Positions 40,858-53,767 of a stretch of DNA of 64,000 bases are shown here, piece after piece. Below the pieces are notes generated by a model. That model worked only from the letters and a program-made list of their open reading frames with translations, made no database searches and was not told where the DNA came from. Source of the stretch: Octopus vulgaris. Taxonomy: Eukaryota. The translations under genes were made by a program, and so were the position numbers. The stretch spans positions 30,628,001-30,692,000 of the forward strand of contig OX597836.1 in NCBI GenBank assembly GCA_951406725.2, in the 5' to 3' direction. How positions within the stretch are numbered: the first letter of the stretch is position 1; each line of letters begins with the position of its first letter.

Positions 40858-41043
40858 CCATATTTTCCAGCATACAAGTCAATGTATATAGTGTAAGCAT
40901 CATCACTGTCTCTCCAAATTCTACTGCATCTCACATGGAATTTTTGGCCCTCCAAAGTCATCTTGGTGTATAAGTAGACCTATTCTTTATTGGCTGTAAA
41001 TTTTGGTCTGAAAAACTTGACTGGTATACTGGAAAATACAGTA
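40858..41043. mobile_element. Tc1/pogo-like MITE; second copy at about 52200-52386
   Basis: TATTTTCCAG...CTGGAAAATACAGTA ends; shared core GAATTTTTGG.CCTCCAAAGTC.TCTTGGTGTA.AAGT. Confidence 0.55.
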
Positions 41044-41320
41044 TTTGAAAAGGCCATCAAGGAGGATATGGCAGAACCAGCTGTTGTTGTTGTTGTTGTT
41101 TAAACCTTAAGCATTTAATCCAGCCACATTTGGCCATATCCAGCTAAAATATTCTATCTGTTTTATGTTCAAACTGATCGGATCTGACCTCTCAAAATAA
41201 CTCTACAATATCATTGTAAAAATTAAGTTACCTCATCAAAATCTCAAGACTACAAAATAATGCTTGATTAATTAAAGAGAATGTGAATAAATAACCATTA
41301 CTTTTGTGAAGGTACATGAC

Positions 41321-41548
41321 TTAACCCTTTCGTTACCAACCCGGCTGAAACCGGCTCTGGTTCTGAGTACAAATGTCTTGTTTTCATAAGTTTTGAATTA
41401 AAATCTTCCACCAAACCTCAGTCACAATTGATGTTCCTAACACTAGCTGAATGATAACTAAGTTATTTTACTAAATTCTTTGTTATATTTGAAGTAATTG
41501 AAAGAAACACAGAGCATCTCAAAATAAATACAGTAACGAAAGGGTTAA
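41321..41548. mobile_element. piggyBac-like MITE family E
   Basis: TTAA-CCCTTTCGTTAC...GTAACGAAAGGG-TTAA. Closely similar copies at 31274-31502 and 40611-40838. Confidence 0.85.
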
Positions 41549-42739
41549 TGGTTAGAGCATTGGGCTCACAATCATGAGGTTGTGAGTTCGATTCTCAGAC
41601 CAGGCTGTGTTGTTCTTGAGCAATTCATTTTATTTCATGTTGCTCCTGTTCACTCATCTGTTGAAATGAGTTGCGACATCAATAGTGCCAAGCTGTATCG
41701 GCCTTTGACTTTCCCTTTGATAACATCAGTTGCAGGGGCGACTGCTGGTCTTCCATAAACAACTTTGCCCAGACTTGTATTTCAGAGGGAGTCTCTACCT
41801 TTTTACTTTGGACAAAACAGTGTGAATGCTAAAAACCCAACCCGGGATTGGCTCGACCCTGATTAGGCACACCTATGAAAAACATTCCTGTTGTGATCTT
41901 TTTGTCCTTTTCCTAGGCACACTGCACTTGAGACTACAACAGACATATGTGCGTGCACATGCACACACCCACACACTCAAATATACTTAAAATGAATAGG
42001 AAAATAAGAAAAGCTTCTAACAATGTAGAAAGTTTTGCAAGAAAAAACTATATTTTGGGTACAAAGGCCTATTTCAAAAGGAAAGCAGTCCAGGAAATGT
42101 GTATTTTACATGAATTTTGTTATACATTTCTTGAACTGCTTTCTTTTGAAGGTAGGCTTTTGTTCCCAAAATGTAAAAGTTTTCTTTATTCCCCCTTTTG
42201 ATTTTCTACTTCTGTTCTACAATGCTTCAGGCAAGCTACAACACACACACATATAAAGTGGCCACCCTTTGTGGTTTACATATTTCGCAATATGCTACTA
42301 ATTTAAAGGACATTGAGCCAGGGCTGTGGAATCTTGGTCAGTTAAAATACTCCAACTCCAAATAAATATAAATTGTAATATTACTGTGTTGGCCAGACTT
42401 TCAAATGTTGTTATACACTCCTGATCACAATGCACTTCCTCACATTGTAGTAGCTTTCAAATGATGCCAGGCAGGCCAACATTCCTGCTGAACAAAGCAT
42501 CAGTCTGTTGCAAGGGTACCCATTTACAATTGAGAAGGCTAGAGCAATGTAAAATGAAGTTGTTTCGTTCAAGAACACAACATACTGCCAGTCTGGGAAT
42601 TGAAACCACAATTTTGTAATCATTAATGCAACACACTAACCACTCAACTATGTGCATTCACAAATTGTTGTTATATAATGCATTAAAATTCCCATTTTCA
42701 CAGATATTAATTTGACTGCTTTCTACATTGAAAATTAAC

Positions 42740-43212
42740 TATTGGGTTGTCTGGAAAGTTTGTGCTTATTTATGGTAGCTTACCTTTCGACTTATTTTAG
42801 AACATGATTGAGTCCATAAAATAGGATTTGACTACACCTCCATTTAGAGCACAGTTTAAGCTATCTTTTCATGGAAGAAGGTTTATGTTCCTATAACCCT
42901 TGTTTTCGGCACTTGATGCTTTGGGAACCAGACAAAAATTGCTGCAGCTCAGCTGGGATGTGTTACCCCACCCTCCATATTCACCAGATATTGCTCCTTC
43001 GGATTTCCACTTATTCAGGTCTCTGCAGAATAGTCTTAATGGTAAAAATTGCAATTCCTTGGATGACGTAAAACGATACCTTGATGAATTATTTGCCATG
43101 AAACCAGCTCAATTCTGGGAAGATGGTGTTTTCAAGTTAAAGGAAAAGATGGAGACACATTGTGCAACAAAATGGTTCATATATCGGCACAAACTTTCCG
43201 GACAACCCAATA
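42740..43212 (+). mobile_element. Internally deleted mariner (Tc1/mariner) element
   Basis: TA plus TIR TTGGGTTGTCTGGAAAGTTTGTGC and GCACAAACTTTCCGGACAACCCAA plus TA. Transposase C-terminus WDVLPHPPYSPDIAPSDFHLFRSLQNSL. Confidence 0.92.
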
Positions 43213-45713
43213 AATTAGATTGAAGGGTTTCCATGAAAGAGAATCTGGTAGAAGAAATTTTGTTCCTGCCAACAAATTTTTGATTCAGACTTTTGATTTA
43301 ACCCTGTTCTATAGATATGTTTCTTTAATAGTTTTTACATGCTTTTACAATATAATTTACATTTCATTTTGCCATTTCACTATGTAATTAAATTTCAGTT
43401 ATTTCAGTAATGATATTAGATATCTACCAAAAAATAGAATTGGTATTTTCTGCAACTCTCATTGTCTCAAACTTGAAATATCTTAATAAAAAAAAAATAC
43501 TTTCAGTTAAGAGTAATCAAATTTTGAGTGAATATATTTGATTTCCATTAATAAATAGGTTAATGTAAAATTTCATATTTACATTTTTACACACTTAGAA
43601 TTGCTGAAGTATGGAATAAATTACCTCCATCAGTTGTTAGCTGTTTTAGATCACTACATCCTTCAAAACTGCCATGCTTCCTGAAATTCACCACCAGTAC
43701 ACCTGATGCTCCCTATCCCCATTTCTTCTTCCTCCTTATTTTTTTTAAAGACTTTTTACCTGTTCAATTCCTGTGCATATTCTATGTATTGTTCATGCAG
43801 TTTCGGTTACTTTTTCTGATTAGTTGTAGTACACCTAAGCACTGTACACAATAAATTCATTATTATTATTATTTACTTAAATTTTAAATTTAAGCAATGC
43901 TTTAATTTCGAAATAGAAGAGTTATGTCTTAAACTAGTCATTTGTAAGACAAGGATCAGTCTTTCAGTTTTAACTTCGATGTTCTTTACATTTTGGAACT
44001 GGTAAATACAGATGGTCCTTTTTTTTTTTTTATAATATTTTTATAGTTTTTTTTTTATTTTTCATATCCTTTTACTTTATAGCTTTTAATAAAAACCTCT
44101 TTTTAGTTTTGTTAAATTTTAATTTTATGCTTCTTTATTTCTTTAAAACTTCATTCCTCCTTTAGCATTTAAGCCAGCCATATCCAACCAAAATGTTCTA
44201 CTAGTTTTATCTTTAACCCTTTAGCATTTAAACCGGCCATATCCGGCTGAAATGTATTACTTGCTTTATGTTCAAATTGGCCGGATTCTGCCTCTCACAC
44301 AGACCCTATAATGTCATTCTTACAAATAAACAATTGCATCATCGAAATCTTGAAGCTACATGAAAATGCATGTTTAATTCAAAACAATATAAGTTAATAA
44401 GCATTACAATTGACAGTATAATCTGAATGCTAAAGGCTTAAACTAGCCCGATCTGGCCTCTCACAGCTACCTAACAATATTATTCTAAAAATAAACAGTC
44501 GTGTCATTGAAATCTGAAATCTACCAGAAAATATACGACTAATTCATATGAATGTGAATAAATAAGTATTACATTTGACAAAGTAATCTGAATGCTAAAG
44601 GATTAAGCGTTTAACTGCAGAAAAAATATCCACTCAAAATTTTATCACCCTTCAGAAAGCAATATCATAAACGGTTCCATCAAATTTATTGAGGCGACGC
44701 TACTTGCAGAAAATACCAATTCTATTTTGGAGGGAAACATTTAACATTGTTACTGGAATAACTATGAAATTTAATTTTGCAATGAAAGCATTAATATACA
44801 AAATTTGCAACAAAAATACTATAGCCTATAAATGCAAATTTCAACAGGTTTAGGATGCTAAAAAGTAACCAGACGATTCACTTTGGCTATGTATGTCATG
44901 AGCTTGTAATTAATGTAAGAAATATATCGTTTGTCTTATTACAAACAAAGGAATCAGAGTTAAAGGCTTTGTGTACCAATTTCCTCAGTTCTGTATTTAG
45001 CTGTTATTTCTAGCATTAATTTGTAGTTGTTGAAATTTATTTCAGTTGTTTTTGTTGTTTAGTGTCAGGTCAGTTCTGATAGGACAGGTCTTTGAAGTAA
45101 GGTTTTCCAGTTTTGACCACACTAGTTCTACATTATCCTTCTGTTCTAAGAACTTTAATTAGTCCTTGGGAAGCCTGCCAAATCTTGACCCTTTAACTGT
45201 GCAATTAAATTTCATGGTTATTCCAGCAATGATGTTAAATACCTACCAAAAAATAACATTGGTATTTTCTGAATTCAGTGTGTCTAGAAAATAAGTACGA
45301 TAGCCATGGTTGGAGTGTCTTTGATCAAAGGTTTGATATGGTTCCTTAACTATTTCACTGTAAAATCAAAGTTCATGGTTATTCAAGTAATGATGTTAAA
45401 TATCTGATTAGAAACAGAATTGATATTTTCTGCAAGTTGTGTTGCCTCAATTAACTTGATATGTCTCAGCAAAAAATTAGTTTCGAGCATGACATTCCTC
45501 AACAAAAGATAGATTGGGGAATAAAACTGCTTTCTGCAGTTACGGGTAAAGAAATTTTGATAGGATATATCTGATTTCTGCAGTAAAAGGGTTAAAGTAA
45601 AAATAGGAGACATTGGATCATGTGGTCTTGAATTCAGTGTAACTAGTAAAAAAAAAAAAAGTAGGACAGTCATGGTTGAAGTGTCTTTGATCACTGGTTT
45701 GACAAGGTCCCCT

Positions 45714-45962
45714 AACCCTTTCACTGTGAAATTAAATTACATGTTTATGCCAGTAATGATGTTAAATATCTTTTTAAAAAATCAGGATTGGTATTTTCTG
45801 CAAGTCACGTTGCACCAATAAATTTGCCATATCTTAAGAGAAAATAGTTTCAAACACGACATTCCTCAACAAAAGATAGATTGGTGTATGGAACTGCTTT
45901 CCACTGTTAAGGGTAATGAAATTTTGAGTGGATATATCTGATTTATACAGCAAAAGGGTTAA
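45714..45962. mobile_element. TTAA-type MITE family G
   Basis: TAACCCTTT...AAAGGGTTAA ends. Copies at about 43395-43562, 44610-44790 (-), 45346-45597 and 63470-63710 (-). Confidence 0.65.
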
Positions 45963-48546
45963 GCAATAATTTGGAATTGTTTTAGTTTATAGTTCTAAAA
46001 ACTTGTCACCTCCTCTTCTTTGGTTTCCACTTCCTAATTATGTTTACCTTACTGTAACCCTTTTTAAAAAAAAAAAATAATAATAAAACAGCAGAAAAAT
46101 CTCATTAACACCTCTTGCAAAACTGTCAGCACACTTCAAAACTAGTTGCTATGGTTCCCTTTAAGGGAGTCGTTCAGTAAACTGGATTTTAAATTATTAA
46201 TTTACTATCTTTCCTTTTTATCAAAACAAAACAAAAAAGGCTCATTTCTGTTTTCTTTCAAATAATTCCATCTCATATTATTTGTGTATCGTTTTTTTTT
46301 AATATTTTTTTTTATCAACAGCTTTTTGTCTTGAAAAAAATACCACCTCAGGCAATATTAAATATTCCTTGCATTTGTTATTATGGATGAAGCAGGGAGC
46401 AGGCTTGTGTGCTTTAACTGATAAAGCAGTTGACTTGTGTGTTGGAGTAGGAGGAGGTGATTGAGTACAAGGAGGGTTAAGTTAGTTCAATGTAATCAAT
46501 ATATATTTTGTTGTTCTTTTAGCTTTTGTAGTGCTTGAAACAGTTCTGGATGAGTGAGTGGATGGAGATTGGATGATAAAATATTGTACAGAGGAATGTG
46601 TCAATTATGACAATTAAGAGTAACTCTCCACCTACCCTTCCTTCCTTTCCTCCCCTCGCCTCCCCTATCCTTCTGAACCTTCCTGAAGCATTGATTAATG
46701 GATTAGAATACTATCACTAGAAATTCTGAAAAAAATAGATGTGACCTAACAGCTGTATGTATGCCCTGCTCTGGTCTAGCAGTTGTTCTGTACCATAGGA
46801 TTTACCAGATAAAAGTCATTCAGTGTATTTCTAAGGCAGTATTTTGGGAAGATTTTAAACTTTTTTTGGTACCAGTCCAACTGAGACTGTCCCTGGGTCT
46901 ATTATATAAAGTACCTGTTTTAACCCTTATGGTACCAACCTGCCTCAATCCACTCATGGTTCTATGATACAAGCTTTCTGTTTTAAAATGATTTAAACTA
47001 AAACCTTAATTTATGCTGCAAACACTAGCTTAATAAGGAAGGAACTATTTTAATAAATTCTTCATTATTTTCGAAATTAGTTAAAACATAAGCGGTGTAT
47101 TTCGACAGAAATATGGTAACAAACAGGTTAAAGTGATATGAATTTTAAAAAAAAACCTTCCCTCAAAATTCCATGTTAATTTATGCTCCAGGCATCCGCT
47201 TAATAGTGACAAAACTATTTTGCTAATTTTTTCATTATTTTCAAAATTAATTGAAAGAAAAAGAGTCTATTTCAACAGAAAATGCTGACAAAAGAGTTAA
47301 TTTGCAATCAAAAAGAAATCATCCATTTAACTTCTGTGGCCCCTAAGGTAAATGAGATATGGTGCAGGGAGAATGCCATGTAATTAAGGTTACTTCTCCA
47401 TCTTCGTGTAATTCTAGATTCAATCCCACCTGTATACAGCACTTTACACAAGTGTTTTCTGTCATTATCTTGTATCAGTCTAAGCCTTAAGAGTGAAATA
47501 TTAAATTGAGTAGATGGAACTGCGTGTCATCAGATAGTCTGTGCTTTATGTGTTGTAGTTTCTTCTTCACTACCAGTAAAGGTATATGGCTTAGTAGTTA
47601 GTATATTTTGGCTCACTATCATGAATTTGTGAGTTTGATTTGGATCGTAGAGTGACCCGCTTTTCTTGAGGAACCTGTTGAGTCAAGTTCGTCAACATCA
47701 AAAATTCGAATGGTAATTGTTGTAGTTAAGACACCAGTGCTGGTGACACGTAAAAGCACCGTTCGAGCGTGGCAGTTACTAGCGTCCGTGTCGGTGACAC
47801 GTAAAAGCACCAGCCGATCGTGGCCGTTTGCCAGCCTGCTCTGGCTCCTGTGCCGGTGGCACGTAAAAAACACCCACTACACTCACGGAGTGGTTGGCGT
47901 TAGGAAGGGCATCCAGCTGTAGAAACATTGCCGAATCAGACTGGAGCCTGGTGCAGCCTCCATGGCTTACCAGACCCCGGTCGAACCGTCCAACCCATAC
48001 TAGGATGGAAAATGGACGTTAAATGACGATGATGATGATGATTCCCAGCAGTTCGTAGTATCCTTGAGCAAGACACTTTACTTGATGCTGTTCCACTCTA
48101 CTCAGCTGGCAAAAATGAGTTGTATTTGTAGTTCAAAGGGCCAGGTTGTTACATTTGATGTGTCTATGGATTGCTCAACCACTTGCACACAAATTTCGCA
48201 GGCAGGTTGTTATGTTGATTGGCTCAACTGGAACATTCTTCACCATAATCCAGTCAGTCTTCCCTATCGCCACCTTCAGTTTCAAGTCTGCCTTCCCTCC
48301 TAGATGCTGCTCATGATAGATCGTTAGCCCCTACACACATTTTTTTTTCTCTCCTTGTTTTTTCTGTGTCCCTTTCTGTAGAAGAGCGTAGACTTTTTCT
48401 ATTCCTGAGCGTTATACTAATACATCTGTTTGTTTTGTACACCACCTGTCTTCGTCTTTTGTTTTTTTCGTAAACTCTCCCTATATTTACATATATATAT
48501 ATATTAACTAGTAACCTAACCTGTTTTTGTTTTCTTTTTTCCACAG

Positions 48547-48615
48547 GATCAGGACCTGCGAGTCCTGTTGCCAGTCCCTTAAGTCAGCGCAGTGGCTCAG
48601 GTGATGAAAAATCTG
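48547..48615 (+). CDS. LEO1: LEO1 coding exon 2 (RSGPASPVASPLSQRSGSGDEKS)
   Basis: Long polypyrimidine tract plus CCACAG acceptor; donor G|GTAAAA; 69 nt, phase 1-1; same Ser/Gly/Pro composition as exon 3. Confidence 0.75.
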
Positions 48616-48733
48616 GTAAAATAAAACTAATTCTTTATACTGATTTGGTTTTTCTGTGCAAATATCAATTGTATGACTTTAACACAGTGTTAAAAAAAAA
48701 TAAATAAATAAGTTACTTCTACTTGTTGAAAGC

Positions 48734-48811
<78 letters not shown>

Positions 48812-49049
48812 GCAGGAGTGGCTGTGTGGTAAGCAGCCTGCTTACCAAACCACATGGTCCCAGGTTCAGTCCCAATGTGTGGCACTTCGGACAAGTCTCT
48901 TCTACTATAGCCTTGAGCCGACCAAAGCCTTGTGAGTGGATTTGGTAGACGGAAACTGAAAGAACCCCATTGTGTGTGTGTAATATATATATATATGTGT
49001 GTGTGTGTGTATATATATATATGTTAGTGTGTGTGTGTATGTATGTATA

Positions 49050-49430
49050 TATCTTATGGTGACTGCTCCATCTTTACAGATGATAGCCATCTCCTTGTGC
49101 ATCTGCGTTGTCAGTGACATTTCTGACTTCCCATCCATGGCCTCTCAGATGACTGTTCAGTCTTGTTGCAGATCTACATGGCTTAAAGCATAGGTGACAG
49201 ACAGAAGTTGGGTTAGGTTTGCATATGTCACCATTCTTCCATTGCCATAGAACTTTCAGTAGATGGAATGACAAATGAGGTCACCATAAAAACATTTGTA
49301 CATCATTGAATTATAGTGGTACAACACTTGTACAACATGAGTACCACTCTTGGAGTCTCTGTGATTAGTACCTAGTGACAGGTCCAAGCAACAATACCAG
49401 TAATTACATGGAACTGCAGGTTTTACATTG
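49050..49430 (-). pseudogene. RTE/BovB-like LINE 3' end fragment
   Basis: C-terminal zinc-finger-like CHLCFKPCRSATRLNSHLRGH; degraded. Confidence 0.55.
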
Positions 49431-50098
49431 GAGAGGTACATGGCTGCATCATTAAGAATTTCTCTTTAAAACTACATAGTTTTAGGTTCGGTCCTCTGTG
49501 TGGCAACTTGGGCAAGTGTATTCTACTATAGCCCCAGGCTGACCTCTGCCTTGTGTATAATTTCTGTCTTAACAAATTTCACTCAGAGTTGGCTTTGATA
49601 AAATGAAACCTATGGTAACAGATACTTCTCCAAGGTCCTGCATAGTGATTGGAAACTCTGAACCATGTGATTGTGAAGTGAACATTCTTAATACATACCT
49701 GCACACATTTTAAAATGCACTACATTATTTAATGTGCCCTTCCTTATTTTTAAGATGGTAGGGTGTTATGTGATAGAGATTTCACTGTTATTTCTTGGAG
49801 GTTGAGTAACTGTGTAGAAGCTACTTTTGTTCATGTGTGTGTGTGTGTGTGTTTGTTTGTTTTTGTATGTTATAATAAAAACAATTTTACATTAATCTGA
49901 AGGGTTAATCTATACTTCTCTTTATGTGTTGAAATTTAAAGGTACATCAAATGTAACCCCTTCTTGTTTGTTAAAGTGATATAGTTGATGTTCAGTATTT
50001 TAAAATTTAAGGAGCAAAAATCTTCTCTATAAAACATTTAGTTGATATTTTTTGCTTATAATTTTGTTATTCTTCTTTGTTCTCGTTTTATAATCTAG

Positions 50099-51451
50099 GA
50101 AGTGGTTCTGGGTCAAATGCAGATTCCGGTTCAGATAATGAAGGAAGCATTCGTTCTGCAGCAGCTTCAGCGAAGAGCGGAGCTGGTAGTGGCCAAGAAA
50201 GTGGCTCAGACAGTGCACCTGGATCTCCAAGAGAGAGCGGTTCTGAACCTGGGAGTCCAGCCAGAAGTGATCGTAGCAGGTCTGGTAGCCCTGCAGGGTC
50301 TGCTGCTTCATCAGCTCGTAGTGGTAGTGGAGATAGGTCTAGAGGTAGCAGCCCAGCTGAAAGTGATCGTGGGAGCCAGCGGAGCAGCAGAGCAAGCAGT
50401 CCAGCAAAGAGTGAAGCCAGTTCAGCCCCTCAGAGTCCCAGTGTAGATGGTAGCCAAGCTGCATCTCCAGCTCCTAGTAACGCTAGCCAGCCTGGTTCAC
50501 CTGAAGCGAGTGATGTAAGTAGACCTGCTTCTCCAGCAGGAAGTGATGGCAGTCAGCCAGCCTCTCCTGTTCAAAGTGATGCTAGTAGGGCAGGCTCCCC
50601 AGCTAGTGATTCCAGTCGTCCTGGCTCTCCCAACCAAAGTGATGCCAGTGAAGCCAGATCTTCTAATCAAAGTGATGGTAGTCGACCTGGGTCCCCAGCA
50701 CCAAGTGAGGGCAGTCAAGCACCTTCTGTTGCACAGAGTGATGTCAGTAAACCAGGGTCGCCAGCAGGCAGTGATGCAAGTACACCAGCTTCACCCGCGG
50801 GTAGTAATGTCAGCCGACCTGCTTCACCACATAGTGACGGTAGTAGGCCAGCTTCTCCCGCTGAGAGCAATGAAAGCCGCGCTGCTTCTGTTCGGAGTGA
50901 TCAGAGCCCTCCACCATCAGTGGCTCGCAGTGATGCAGCTAGCCATGCTGGCGATAAAGACAGTGCGCCTGAAGATGATGATGACGATGATAATAAAATG
51001 GAAATTGATAAGGCAAGTCGAGAAGATGATAACAGAAGTGATGATGAGAAGAGTGTTAGTAGTGTAGAGAGGAGAAAGTCTGTAACTGATACTGAAGATA
51101 AAGAGAGATCAGACGAAGAAAAGGTATCTGAAAGAGCTGGTAGTGATGATGATCTGGAGGTGGATAAACACAAGTCTGACGACGAAGGCCATGTCTCAGA
51201 CAAAGGATCAGAATATGAAAGTGCAAAAAGGGGCAGCGATGACGAAGGCCATGTCTCCGACAAGGGGTCAGACAATGGCAGCGTGAGAAGAGGCAGTGAT
51301 GATGATGCCAAGTCAGATAAAGGTTCTGTAGCCAGCAGTGCCAAAGATCACAGTGATGATGAGAACAAGTCTGATGCTGGCAGTGGTAAAGCTGACAGTG
51401 ACGATTCTGGTGCTGAGTATCGGAAGAAGAAAAAGAAACGAAAACTGTCTG
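50099..51451 (+). CDS. LEO1: LEO1 coding exon 3: Ser/Pro repeat array, acidic SDDE repeats and basic NLS-like tract
   Basis: Lies in the 470-aa ORF 50077-51489. Acceptor TCTAG|GA, donor G|GTAAGT; 1353 nt, phase 1-1. Confidence 0.88.
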
Positions 51452-52446
51452 GTAAGTTCCAATTTACCATTCTTCATAGTTTGTTTTGAAACTCTGTTTA
51501 ACGTAGTTAATAATAATTAAATACTGAATTTTAATTACTGTTGTTTAACACCAAATTAGCATCAATTCAAAAGACATGATCAGTGACATTCCAGCCATGA
51601 TCAGTCTATGTTTCTGTGTATGAGACTACTCTGTCCAATGCAATCTTGTTATAAGACACTTTGATGTGATTTTAAGGGAGATTTGACTGCTGTTTCTAGC
51701 AGATCGAATGACCACATAAAGTATCCCTCATTAGTGCATGCTTTTTAATTTGTTCACAATGTCTCTCTATAGTTAAGGTGCTGGACTACTGATTACGTGG
51801 TCAGAAGTTCAAATCTTATTTCAGCCAGTGTGTTATATCTCTTTCAATGAAGGTACATAACTCTGCTGGTTCTAGTTTACCTGGCTGAGCCAACATAACC
51901 ATCCTACTTCACTACTGAGCAGCTAGTAGTAGGAAGGACCTTTCTCTGGAAACAAAATTGCAGCTGTTTAATCCTGTCTCTAATAATTGTTGTCTAACAT
52001 CTGGTTAGCTGATGTTAACTTTCAAGTTTGAAATAGTCTCCTTTTCAAAATTAAGAATTTTTTTTCCATTCATTAAATTTGAAACAATAAATTTTTGAAT
52101 TTATACTTGTCATGGATGACCTGCCACCTGTGGGAGTTTCTGGATGGTATGTCTAACAAAAAAATTACATTGCATTTTGTTAGTAGTGTGACTTGCCTGA
52201 TAATAAGTCATGTCGCATGCAGTATAAACACTCAAACATCGTCACTATTTTTCCAAATACTGCTGCATTTCACATAGAATTTTTGGTCCTCCAAAGTCGT
52301 CTTGGTGTACAAGTCAACCTACCTTTTATTTTTGGCTGTAAATCTTATGTCTAAAGAATTTTGCCTTTATGCCAGAAAATACAGTAATATTTTCCATATA
52401 TTCAAGTGAGATGTTGCAGAATTTTGTGTTATCCATTCTCTATCAG

Positions 52447-52578
52447 ATGCTGAATCTCATGCAAGCAGTGCTGACAGTGAGTCAGAAGGAAGGATGAGAA
52501 AAAAGAAGCAACAGATTTCTAGTGATGAAGAGGATGGTGACGACAAAAGGAAAAGTTCTGATGATGAGAATAACCTTG
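52447..52578 (+). CDS. LEO1: LEO1 coding exon 4 (DAESHASSADSESEGRMRKKKQQISSDEEDGDDKRKSSDDENNL)
   Basis: Acceptor TATCAG|AT, donor G|GTAAAA; 132 nt, phase 1-1; open frame. Confidence 0.85.
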
Positions 52579-53767
52579 GTAAAATTATTTTCTCATTACA
52601 TATTCAACTAAATGTATATTTAAAACCTTTCATGATTACGTTTCTTCTAATTACCATACTCGCTACATTGAAAACATGCTGGCCTTAAAGACACACTCCA
52701 ACACTGATTTGAACATTTTTGAGAAATGAAATATTAAACATGGAAGGTGTAGGCATGGCTGTATGGTTAAGAAGTTTGCTTTACCACAAAGTGGTTTCAG
52801 GTTCAGTCCCATTGCATGGCACCTTCGGCAAGTGTCTTCTGCAATAGCTCCGGGACAACAAACACCTTGTGAATGAATTTGGAAAAGAAACCGTGTAGAA
52901 GCCCATCATATATACATACATACATACACACACAAAATATATAATTACATGTGTGTATGTAGATCTCTGTATTGCTGTTGGTTTGTTTATGTCTGTATAA
53001 CTTAGCAGTTTGGCAAATGAGATTGACAATAAGTACCAGGTTTAAATATAAGTGATGGGATCAATTTGTTTGACTAAACATTTCAAGGTGGTGCTCCAGC
53101 ATGGCCACAGCCCAGTGACTTGATCAGGTAAAAGATTAAAAAAGTCTCAATACTTACACATATTTTATCAAAGTGATAGTGGCATAGAGACTGTTAACCA
53201 TTTTATAGTTTCCATTTTTGTCATATTTTTACAGTACAATGGCTTGGAAAGTTTAGCCTAGGTAACCATTCTTTGGACAGTCGTAGACAAACTGTAGCCT
53301 ACGAGACTTTCTGAATTGCATGCCTGAGTGCAAAATTGCGTTGAATTTTTCTTTTTATTAGTGTTAGGAAAGGCATCCAGCCATAAAAACCATGCCAAAA
53401 CAGACACAGAAGTTTGGCACAGTCGTTTGCCTGCCCAGTTCCTGTCAAACTGTTCAGCCCATGTCAGTATGGAAAGCAGACATTAAACAATGATGATGAG
53501 CCACGTCTCATGTGGCCCATTTCTTGAAAAATGTTTCCTGTGCCTGCTCTAGAATGTATAGTGAATTTTTGTGACATTTTTGGTAAAAATTATTTATCCA
53601 AACAAACAGGAGTGTCTTTTCTGACTTGTGTGAAACATCACGTAATATGGTTCTGAGTCAGACTGTTAATACAGTTAAACTCTGAAACACTTTGATTGCT
53701 GTTTCCTTTCATTTGTGCATTTGTTTGTGTGTGTGTGTATGTATGTTTGTGTGTGTGTGTATGTATA

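Noticed and set aside
50027-51344. Alternative-frame and antisense ORFs over LEO1 exon 3
   Set aside because: Shadows of the repetitive Ser/Asp coding frame; no independent splice or domain evidence.
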